A DNA stretch of 64,000 nt, taken from assembly GCA_903878475.1 (NCBI GenBank), contig CAIRHQ010000004.1, forward strand, positions 3,477-67,476. The letters run 5' to 3'. The position numbers and the translations under genes are program-made. The stretch's first letter is position 1, and every line of letters starts with the position of its first letter. Positions 56,781 to 64,000 of the stretch are shown one piece after another. Origin of the DNA: an uncultured Bacteroidota bacterium (GTDB lineage: Bacteria > Bacteroidota > Bacteroidia > Chitinophagales > Chitinophagaceae). The notes beneath the pieces were generated by a model. It searched no databases and was not told where the DNA came from. It saw nothing but the letters and a program-made list of their open reading frames with translations.

Positions 56781-57746
56781 TTACACATTAATTGGATTAT
56801 TTGGCTCGTGGGGCTCCTCTTTTCTAAGTCTTAACAATTCGAAAACAATGACAAAATAGTGGCCCCAAACGGTAGCAACCAGTATCACAAAAGTGATCAC
56901 CATCCATAGTGGAGGATGTGCACTCCATAAAGCCCTGGGCATTACAGAATTAACGTCAGAAACCGCTACTCCCCAGTTTTGACTGGTACTGGATTCAAGA
57001 TTTCCATAGGTTTCATTTTCATCTATCTTAGCGATCAGCGTAATATTTCCATTGGCATCTCCGGGTAATCCTTTCGGTATTTCCAGGGTTCCTTCACCGG
57101 TAGTATCGGTCGTTACTTCTCCCAGTTTCATAGGAAAGAACTGACGCTTTACAAATATCCCTACCACTATATTTGATACGCCGGCTTCTTTGCCTGTTCC
57201 TACATCAATCAGTTTCACTTTCACTGAGGTTACAGAATCCTCCTTAATGGGTGTAATATCGATCCTGGCTCGCTTTGCCGTTACTTCTCCATCGGTTGCT
57301 TCCATGGATTTATTGCCGGCAAACATCGCTTTAAAATGAACCTTTCCATCCTTATCCACCAACAACTGATTGGCCTTGCAGTTGAATACGCCTTTTCCAT
57401 TCAGGTCGGTAATGATGAAGCCCATTTCCTTATTAACGGTATCGGCTACCTGATAAAAAGTCACTTTTAATAGGGGCAGTTTAATGGTACTGCCTTTGAA
57501 TTTTGTTTTCAAGGCAACCTTCAAATCTACTGAGCTATCAGCTTTCTGTATACTCAATAGTTCTAAGGAGGGAGAAAGCAAACTAGGTTCTGTTGCAGCC
57601 ACTGTAGTATCTGCAGTTGTTTTAGCACTGTCGGCTTGTGCAAAAACATGACTGGGTAAAATATTTATTAATACACTAAGGGCAGCGCATACCAGTAGTT
57701 GCCGACATCCTTTAATAAGCGCCTGATTTTTTGAATATTTTTTCAT
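56781..57746 (-). CDS. Hypothetical exported beta-rich protein with C-terminal membrane anchor
   Basis: Signal peptide ending VFAQ, beta-rich body, C-terminal TM PPLWMVITFVILVATVWGHYFVIV; lies inside the operon. Confidence 0.75.
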   Translation of the reverse strand: MKKYSKNQALIKGCRQLLVCAALSVLINILPSHVFAQADSAKTTADTTVAATEPSLLSPSLELLSIQKADSSVDLKVALKTKFKGSTIKLPLLKVTFYQVADTVNKEMGFIITDLNGKGVFNCKANQLLVDKDGKVHFKAMFAGNKSMEATDGEVTAKRARIDITPIKEDSVTSVKVKLIDVGTGKEAGVSNIVVGIFVKRQFFPMKLGEVTTDTTGEGTLEIPKGLPGDANGNITLIAKIDENETYGNLESSTSQNWGVAVSDVNSVMPRALWSAHPPLWMVITFVILVATVWGHYFVIVFELLRLRKEEPHEPNNPINV

Positions 57747-57756
57747 AAACTATTTT

Positions 57757-59106
57757 TTAAGCAGAAGCGATTTCATTTTCATTCAATACGGGTTGTTCAG
57801 CCGTTGTTCCCTTATTAGCAAACTCAGAGATGGGTATCACCGTTACAAATTTTGACATTAAGGTAAAGAACAGGAAGAATGTGGCTATCCCACCAAAGGT
57901 GAGGGCCCATTCTACCCAGGTAGCTGTATATTTCACATACTCAATTCTTGTATCCTGCATAGGAAGTAAAGGAGATTCCAATGTAGGTACAATGATCAGG
58001 TATCTTTTTACCCATAATGCGATCACCATGAACAAAGAAACCAGTGCAATCAGGTTGGGTGTTCTGGTTTTGGGCAAGGCTACTACCACAATCGGTAATA
58101 GAATACCTGCAACATTCGCAAACAAGAACCACCATCCGTATTTGGCCGGGTTGAACAATTTTTCAAGTACTTCACTTTCCCATTTTTCTGAAGCAAACCA
58201 ACCGGTGAGGTATTCAGAAAAAGTAAAGTATCCATAACCTGCACCCAATACCATCATGATATAACCCAGGTAAATAAAATGTTTATCAGTAAGATAGCTT
58301 TGCAATCCGTACATCTTCCTGTACACCCACATTGCCATGATCAACACACCGGTACCGGAATAAATAGCGGCCAGTACAAAATAAGGTCCAAAGATGGTAC
58401 TATGCCATCCTGGGCGAAGGGTCATACCAAAGATCCAAGACAATACAGAGTGTACGATGATGGCCAGCGGTACAATCATGATGGCCATAAGATTGGTACT
58501 GATGCGGATATGTCTATTCTGACTATGAGTTCCACGATAACCAATGGCAAGGATCTTATATAATTTTTGTTTCCATTTTGGAATATTCAATTTAGCATCA
58601 CGGTAAATGGCAAAGTCTTTGATCAATGCCAGATACAAGAAGATCACACTACCTGTGAAATAAGTACTGATGGCCAGTACGTCCCAGGTAATAGGTGATT
58701 GCAGCCTGGGATAGATGAACAGGTGATGAAGCCTGTCGAGCCTACCCACACATAATAAGATATACACCGGACCAATGATGGTAGCGATCACGGTGATCAT
58801 TTCAGCGATCCTGATAATGGGTTTTCTCCATTCCACTTTCAGGATATGCAGGATACCGGAAATAACGGCGCCGGCATAACTGATCCCGATAAAGAAAATG
58901 AAGTTGGCGATATACAAACCCCAAACCACATTGTCGCGCATCCCTGTAATACCATGTCCCTTCGTGATTTGAAGGTATAAGGCATATCCACCCAAAAGAA
59001 TCCAGGCCATAAAAAAGATAGTCCAAGCCCAGGTTTTTTTTCCGAAATTTTCGATAACCGGACGTTGTTTATCAAAAGCTTCCTGTTGATATTTATTGAG
59101 TTCCAT
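57757..59106 (-). CDS. nrfD: NrfD/PsrC/ActC-family quinol-interacting membrane subunit
   Basis: VVWGLYIANFIFFIGISYAG, WRKPIIRIAE, SPITWDV, HSVLSW, RPGWHSTIFGPYF and RYLIIVP; about 10 TM segments. Confidence 0.88.
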   Translation of the reverse strand: MELNKYQQEAFDKQRPVIENFGKKTWAWTIFFMAWILLGGYALYLQITKGHGITGMRDNVVWGLYIANFIFFIGISYAGAVISGILHILKVEWRKPIIRIAEMITVIATIIGPVYILLCVGRLDRLHHLFIYPRLQSPITWDVLAISTYFTGSVIFLYLALIKDFAIYRDAKLNIPKWKQKLYKILAIGYRGTHSQNRHIRISTNLMAIMIVPLAIIVHSVLSWIFGMTLRPGWHSTIFGPYFVLAAIYSGTGVLIMAMWVYRKMYGLQSYLTDKHFIYLGYIMMVLGAGYGYFTFSEYLTGWFASEKWESEVLEKLFNPAKYGWWFLFANVAGILLPIVVVALPKTRTPNLIALVSLFMVIALWVKRYLIIVPTLESPLLPMQDTRIEYVKYTATWVEWALTFGGIATFFLFFTLMSKFVTVIPISEFANKGTTAEQPVLNENEIASA

Positions 59107-59148
59107 AATGATTAATATTCATGGTTAATTCAAATACTGTTTTGGTTC

Positions 59149-60108
59149 TTATTTTTCTGTGCCTTCCATGGCATCTTTATAACGCGCTTTGATCTTGTCG
59201 GGAAGGTTCTCATATCCCCTTTCCACAGGGAACTGCCTGTCTTTTGGTGGCAGATAATATACCCGTGGTTTGGTTCCTAATTCTTCCATAAACCTGTATC
59301 CTGCGCGGTCTTTGATCAACTGTTTGAAGCCTAGGGTTTCATCACCATTGGAAACGGTGTCTTCATTTTCATCTCCATAATAGAATACACCATTTGGACA
59401 AGCTTCCACGCATGGTGGCAGCAGGCCTACACGAGCTCTATCCGGACAGAAATCACATTTTTCAACTGTACCCACTTTAGCAGGGATATTGGTTTCAGGA
59501 TTAGATACTGCATGCTGAATATCAAATGGCATCTCGGGTTCATTCCAATTGAACACCCTGGTTGAATAAGGACAGGCGGCCATACAGAATTTACATCCGA
59601 TGCATCTTTCATTATCTATTAATACCAGACCATCCTGTCTTTTATAAGTAGCGTCTACCGGACAAACCTTAACGCATGGCGGGTTGTCGCAATGGAAACA
59701 CTGTTTGGGAAACCAGTAAGGTGGTGCATTTTCACTGTCGCGCATCAGTTTTACCGTTAACCACTCACGGTCTTCGGGGCGATAATGCCATTTCTGACAA
59801 GCGGAAATACATTTACGGGCATCTTTGCAACGGGATAGATCTACTACCATTACAAATTTCTTACCCGCGATCCCCTGCCTGGCTTCCAGTTTCGACACAA
59901 TGGCCAAATGTTCCTGGTAATTCAGGTAAGAAGAATCGATCTCCACGATCTCGCCATCGGGAGAAAGCAGTTTTACTTTTTCATTAGCAGCTACTTTTGA
60001 ACTGCATGAGCTTGCCAAAGTACCGCATGCAGCAGTAGCAACTGTAGCAAGGGCAACCGTTTTTATAAAATCTCGGCGGCCGTTGTCATTGGTTTCTAGT
60101 TCTTTCAT
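59149..60108 (-). CDS. NrfC/DmsB-type 4Fe-4S dicluster protein with Tat-lipoprotein signal
   Basis: GRRDFIK, hydrophobic stretch and ASSC lipobox; CKDARKCISAC, CFHCDNPPCVKVCP, CIGCKFCMAACP and CDFC...PPCVEACP; GTKPRVYY. Confidence 0.88.
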   Translation of the reverse strand: MKELETNDNGRRDFIKTVALATVATAACGTLASSCSSKVAANEKVKLLSPDGEIVEIDSSYLNYQEHLAIVSKLEARQGIAGKKFVMVVDLSRCKDARKCISACQKWHYRPEDREWLTVKLMRDSENAPPYWFPKQCFHCDNPPCVKVCPVDATYKRQDGLVLIDNERCIGCKFCMAACPYSTRVFNWNEPEMPFDIQHAVSNPETNIPAKVGTVEKCDFCPDRARVGLLPPCVEACPNGVFYYGDENEDTVSNGDETLGFKQLIKDRAGYRFMEELGTKPRVYYLPPKDRQFPVERGYENLPDKIKARYKDAMEGTEK

Positions 60109-60127
60109 GAAATAAAATTTGAAAGGA

Positions 60128-60358
60128 TCAAATATTGTTTTCTTTAGAAGGATTTTCCATCCAGTCATAAATTTGCTGGTTGCTGGCTTTTTTTTGAGAG
60201 GTCAGTTTATCCAGAATGGCTTTGTCGACCTCCACCAGTTTGCCATCAGGAGTGAGCATTTTTACTTTCCCGGAACCGGTTGTAGCATTACTCTTTGGAG
60301 TAAAAAGTGATAAAAACCAGCGGCGGGATTTTGTGTCGGAATTTGAATTGTTTCCCAT
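60128..60358 (-). CDS. Small hypothetical protein (76 aa) with twin-arginine motif, paralogous to the Fe-S subunit N-terminus
   Basis: SRRWFL plus KVKMLTPDGKLVEVD, versus GRRDFI plus KVKLLSPDGEIVEID in the next gene. Confidence 0.75.
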   Translation of the reverse strand: MGNNSNSDTKSRRWFLSLFTPKSNATTGSGKVKMLTPDGKLVEVDKAILDKLTSQKKASNQQIYDWMENPSKENNI

Positions 60359-60440
60359 TGTATTTTGTAATTGATTATAAATAAATAATGACAGTAACAA
60401 TCACAGATGCAATATTATCCATGCAATTTTTACCATCTCA

Positions 60441-60524
60441 TGACAAACATCAAGGTATAAAATGAGTATTATCATCCTTTCCGTACCGGGTGATAGTGGT
60501 TTGAAAACTCCCTGACTAAAGTCA
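60441..60524. promoter_or_regulatory. Three TGA-N6-TCA palindromes (Crp/Fnr-type operator candidates) in the divergent intergenic region
   Basis: TGACAAACATCA 60441-60452, TGAGTATTATCA 60463-60474, TGACTAAAGTCA 60513-60524. Confidence 0.55.
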
Positions 60525-60569
60525 TGTTCTGCTAATACGATTGTCATAATACTGTCAAAGAGCCCAATC

Positions 60570-60577
60570 TAACTTTG
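60570..60577 (+). promoter_or_regulatory. -7 promoter element TAACTTTG for the lipoprotein/beta-barrel operon
   Basis: Exact TAnnTTTG 87 nt upstream of the ATG at 60665. Confidence 0.55.
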
Positions 60578-60664
60578 GGGCCTCAATTACAAAATGAATT
60601 GAGTTCTTTTAACAAAAGAGACCAAAACAGTATCCATTTTTTCAATAAGTAAATTAAATTTTTT

Positions 60665-61855
60665 ATGAAAAAAATTTCATTGATCAAAGCAACGACACTC
60701 TTCCTTGCAGTTATGTTCGTTTCTGCTTCTATTATCCAGTGTAAAAAAACCGGCGACATTGTAAAAGACCTGGACAGGTCATTCAAAGGCTCGGCCGACA
60801 CTACTATTTATGCTGCTTTTTATGAGAGCAACACCATCACTCCAGCTGATGCAACAGCTGATGTGAATGATGTAATTAAATTCCGTGGAGTACAAACCAT
60901 CATCCACGAATATTGCGCTACATCTAATTGTCATGGCGGCCCTATCGGTCCTAAATTCGATACCTATGCCGACATCATGAAATATGTAGTGGCTGGCAAT
61001 CCTGAAGGAAGCAAAATGTGGGATTATTTGACCACCAACAACTTCGACAAGGCAATGCCTCCGGTTAATTCTAATCACGAAATGACCGTGACCGACAAAA
61101 ATCTTCTTTACAACTGGATCAAGAATGGTGCGAAAGAAAAACCAAACCTGGCCGATTTCAGACCAGCAGCTGTAACGCTGATCGGAAATGGTTGTGCTTC
61201 TGCTAACTGCCATAATGAAGCTACTTCTACAGGCGGTTGGGCAAGGGCAGGATTTATCCCTGGCTTAGTAACTGGTGACACTTCACAATATACATATATT
61301 AGCCCCTCTAATGGAGCGGCTACTATTTATTGTCAGCTTTCTAATGCAACTGTTCGCAACCAAGTTTGGAATGCATATAAAGACAGTGTAAGGAAATTCT
61401 ATTCTGATACCGTAGCTTTTGCAAGTTTCCGTCCATGGAAAACATTTGCTACACCACGTTCTGCCTTAAGCACCCGCGGACCACTGAATACTTATGATGA
61501 TATCATGCTTGATATTATGTATCCAAAAAGTATCAGAAGCAATTCATCTGTTCAATATACAGATCCTGTTACTTTAAAAACTTTTTACTCAAAAGGCAAT
61601 TACTTAAATGTTGCCAGTACAATCGTTAGTCGGATTGACTCCACTTTATTAGTGGCCAATCCTTTCACAGGAATCTATCAAACTTCTAGCCAAGGTGATA
61701 TGGCCTATGGTGATGGTGGTTTGAAAGCCAATGAGATCGCGCTGGTTAAAGCCTGGTATTTTGCCGATCCAAATATTCCTGATGTATGGAAATATGGCGT
61801 AAACAATGCCGGTATTTTCAAATACAGGAAAACAGGTAACATCATCAAAAAATAA
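60665..61855 (+). CDS. Lipoprotein with two planctomycete-type cytochrome c-like domains carrying CX4CH motifs
   Basis: Lipobox IIQC; CATSNCH...VVAGNPEGSKM...AMPP...LYNWIKNGA; second domain CASANCH...DMAYG...EIALVKAW. Confidence 0.7.
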   Translation: MKKISLIKATTLFLAVMFVSASIIQCKKTGDIVKDLDRSFKGSADTTIYAAFYESNTITPADATADVNDVIKFRGVQTIIHEYCATSNCHGGPIGPKFDTYADIMKYVVAGNPEGSKMWDYLTTNNFDKAMPPVNSNHEMTVTDKNLLYNWIKNGAKEKPNLADFRPAAVTLIGNGCASANCHNEATSTGGWARAGFIPGLVTGDTSQYTYISPSNGAATIYCQLSNATVRNQVWNAYKDSVRKFYSDTVAFASFRPWKTFATPRSALSTRGPLNTYDDIMLDIMYPKSIRSNSSVQYTDPVTLKTFYSKGNYLNVASTIVSRIDSTLLVANPFTGIYQTSSQGDMAYGDGGLKANEIALVKAWYFADPNIPDVWKYGVNNAGIFKYRKTGNIIKK

Positions 61856-61885
61856 TTGATACGATCATTCTAAAATTTTAGATAT

Positions 61886-62500
61886 ATGAAAAAAGTAGTA
61901 GTAACAATGGCGGTAATAACTTCAATGCTTATTTACCTCTTGTCATCTTGTTATAAAAACAAAGAAGATATCCTGGCCCTTCCAAAAATTTCATTCCGGT
62001 CAGATGTAGTGCCCATCATCGTTGCCGGTGGATGCGGTTGTCATAACAACGGACAAGCATCAAGAGCTGTCCAATTCTCTCATGCCGATACTATTTTTTA
62101 TGATGGTATCCTAGCCCGTCTTTCTTTATTTGATTCTTGGGTAAATGGCGGAACCCATCCAGGTGGTGGCATGATCGATTTTAAATCCAACGAAAAAACG
62201 ATCATTAAAAAATGGATCGCCGAAGGTGGTAAAGATGATGGCGGTGGTTGTACTGTTGCCGGTGTAATTACGCACACAGCCAAGATCCAGCCAATTTATC
62301 TTACAACCTGTAAGGGTTCTACCTGCCATGGTGGAATTGCGCTGACCCTTGATTACGCCAAAATGAAATCAGATGTTTCTATCATCACTTCTATGATGAA
62401 TAGTGGTGGAGCCAGTGGACATCCGGGTGGAGCATTGAGCCTGAGCACCTGTACCGTAAATACATTTAAAGAATGGATTGCACAGGGTCAACCCCAATAA
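61886..62500 (+). CDS. Lipoprotein with duplicated cytochrome c-like domains (CXCH and CX4CH)
   Basis: Lipobox LSSC; SFRSDVVPII..CGCH..HPGGG..KWIAEG and THTAKIQPIY..CKGSTCH..HPGGA..EWIAQG. Confidence 0.68.
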   Translation: MKKVVVTMAVITSMLIYLLSSCYKNKEDILALPKISFRSDVVPIIVAGGCGCHNNGQASRAVQFSHADTIFYDGILARLSLFDSWVNGGTHPGGGMIDFKSNEKTIIKKWIAEGGKDDGGGCTVAGVITHTAKIQPIYLTTCKGSTCHGGIALTLDYAKMKSDVSIITSMMNSGGASGHPGGALSLSTCTVNTFKEWIAQGQPQ

Positions 62501-62559
62501 TCATTAACCCGATATTTTACAAATTCTAAATGAATGTTATGAAAATAAAATCAGTTGAT

Positions 62560-63471
62560 ATGAAAAAGATACTTTCGCTCCTTGTATTTTGTCTGGGTTT
62601 CACCGCCTTCACCATTGCACAGGATGCCACCAAAATAACTAAAGAAAAAGCCGTTCCAAAATATGCCCGCGCTACTTTCAATTCTTCCCGCATCATCAAC
62701 ATGCAGAGTACAGAAATGGTAAGTAAAGGTGCATTGGAATTCATGATCTCTCACCATTTCAGCAATATCTGGAATAAGGATGCAGGATCTCAGAACCTGG
62801 CTCAGTTATTCGGACTGAACTCAGGTGTTGCACATACTTATTTATCATTCTCTTATTCTCCACTCAACTACATGAATGTGGGTTTAGCTGCAGCCGGAAA
62901 CTCTAAATATGAAGGCTGGCTAAAATTCAAACTGCTGCGTCAGCAAACAGGTTCTAAGAACATACCTGTTTCCGTTGCCTTATATTCAATGATGAATATC
63001 AATACAGCAAAGGATCCTGACCAATCATTTGCCGGAAACAAGATCGCTTTTGTGAATCAATTGTTGATCTCCCGCAAAATGACTGATAAACTGTCTCTGG
63101 AACTGATCCCTACCTGGGTACATTTCAACATCGTTCCTTACGGTATCAACAACAGTAACGAGGTATTCTCTTTAGGTTTAGCAGGAAGGTATAAAATAAA
63201 ACCAAAAATGAACCTTACGCTGGAGTATACACGCCAACTGAATATGTATGAGAACCTGATCACTAAGAACGGCAGTATCCTCAATTATCAGCCTAACCTG
63301 CTCTCTGCCGGTATTGAAATCAATACAGGCGGTCACTTGTTCCAATTCTACATCGGCAGCACAACAGATGCTTCTCTGCTTGACCAATTGGCTCGTAACA
63401 ACAGCAGTATTAAAGACGGTAATTTCGCTTTCGGCTTCACCATCAACAGAAGCCTGAGTTTGAAAAAATAA
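62560..63471 (+). CDS. DUF5777-like outer-membrane beta-barrel protein
   Basis: Signal peptide; ATFNSSRIINMQSTE, LEFMISHHF, KFKLLRQQTG, QLLISRK and INTGGHLFQFY; start MKKIL at 62560 preferred. Confidence 0.8.
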   Translation: MKKILSLLVFCLGFTAFTIAQDATKITKEKAVPKYARATFNSSRIINMQSTEMVSKGALEFMISHHFSNIWNKDAGSQNLAQLFGLNSGVAHTYLSFSYSPLNYMNVGLAAAGNSKYEGWLKFKLLRQQTGSKNIPVSVALYSMMNINTAKDPDQSFAGNKIAFVNQLLISRKMTDKLSLELIPTWVHFNIVPYGINNSNEVFSLGLAGRYKIKPKMNLTLEYTRQLNMYENLITKNGSILNYQPNLLSAGIEINTGGHLFQFYIGSTTDASLLDQLARNNSSIKDGNFAFGFTINRSLSLKK

Positions 63472-63501
63472 ATTTCCAGCGATCATTCAAATCGCTTCAT
63501 G

Positions 63502-63532
63502 AAAAAAGCCGACCAAACAGGTCGGCTTTTTT
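63502..63532. terminator. Bidirectional intrinsic terminator
   Basis: AAAAAAGCCGACC-AAACA-GGTCGGCTTTTTT between convergent genes. Confidence 0.88.
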
Positions 63533-63535
63533 ATG

Positions 63536-64000
63536 TTATATCATGCGGAAGGTCAATGCAGCAAACTCTTCTATGCTGAGGGTTTCGGCCCTCCGTCCAA
63601 AGAGCTCATCCTGCAAGGTTTCGGGTGTAAATAAACTTTTTACCGCATTCCTCATCGTCTTACGGCGCTGATTAAACGCAGTTTTTACCAGTACCCAGTA
63701 GGCGCGGTCACTTTTGTATTGAAGTGGTACTTCTTTTCTGGTAAGCCTGATCACACCGCTTTGCACCTTGGGTGCTGGGGTAAAACAATCATTGCTTACA
63801 TCAAATAGATAATCGACTGTATAATAGGCCTGCACCAGGGCACTCAATACGCCATACACTTTACTGCCTGCCGGAGACGCAGCCCGTTGTGCCACTTCTT
63901 TCTGAAACATACCGATCACCACCGGAACATTGTCTTTCCATTCTAAGATCTTGAACAGGATCTGTGTAGAGATATTATAGGGAAAGTTACCGATAATGGT
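63536..64000 (-). CDS. rsmA: 16S rRNA adenine dimethyltransferase (5' end beyond the window)
   Basis: Frame open to the window edge: IIGNFPYNISTQILF, GMFQKEVAQR, YGVLS, FTPAPKVQSGVI and AFNQRRKT. Confidence 0.93.
   Translation of the reverse strand, partial: TIIGNFPYNISTQILFKILEWKDNVPVVIGMFQKEVAQRAASPAGSKVYGVLSALVQAYYTVDYLFDVSNDCFTPAPKVQSGVIRLTRKEVPLQYKSDRAYWVLVKTAFNQRRKTMRNAVKSLFTPETLQDELFGRRAETLSIEEFAALTFRMI

Noticed and set aside
56343-60358. Calling the operon nitrite reductase (Nrf), polysulfide reductase or full ACIII
   Set aside because: No NrfA (CXXCK), no molybdopterin subunit, and no ActA, ActD or ActF; only family-level labels are justified.
1-64000. Many 60-160 aa ORFs in the track that overlap recognised genes (e.g. 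7624-8091, 16503-17057, 24616-25146, 57830-58237)
   Set aside because: Antisense or alternate-frame shadows of well-supported genes, with no recognisable motifs.

Overview
64 kb chromosomal window from a Bacteroidota bacterium, probably Chitinophagaceae-like (inferred from gldD/gldE, porX, fused lpxC-fabZ, rprY, bS22, TAnnTTTG -7 promoters and no obvious Shine-Dalgarno sites). About 58 protein-coding genes and one tRNA-Leu(UAG). Most are core housekeeping genes: ssb, mutY, HU, rng, tig, relA/spoT, lipid A genes, tsaE, recQ, ruvB, arfB, icmF and a partial rsmA. I saw no IS element, integrase, prophage or CRISPR array. The most unusual region is a divergent locus at 56.3-63.5 kb. Its left arm encodes a small twin-arginine protein, a Tat-lipoprotein Fe-S subunit, an NrfD/ActC-type membrane subunit, an unknown anchored protein and a monoheme cytochrome c, with no catalytic molybdo-subunit. 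Its right arm encodes two lipoproteins with only non-canonical heme-binding motifs (3x CX4CH, 1x CXCH) and a DUF5777-like beta-barrel. Three TGA-N6-TCA palindromes lie between the arms. I infer a possibly undescribed trans-envelope electron-transfer module; this is a hypothesis. Other notable signals: tandem degenerate copies of the tRNA-Leu 5' half in the tRNA leader, an MbnP/MbnH pair with an intact WxW motif, a candidate short sRNA, an unannotated 29-aa bS22 gene, a lipoprotein class D beta-lactamase and a group II GGGP synthase. All product calls come from motif recognition by eye; no database searches were run.
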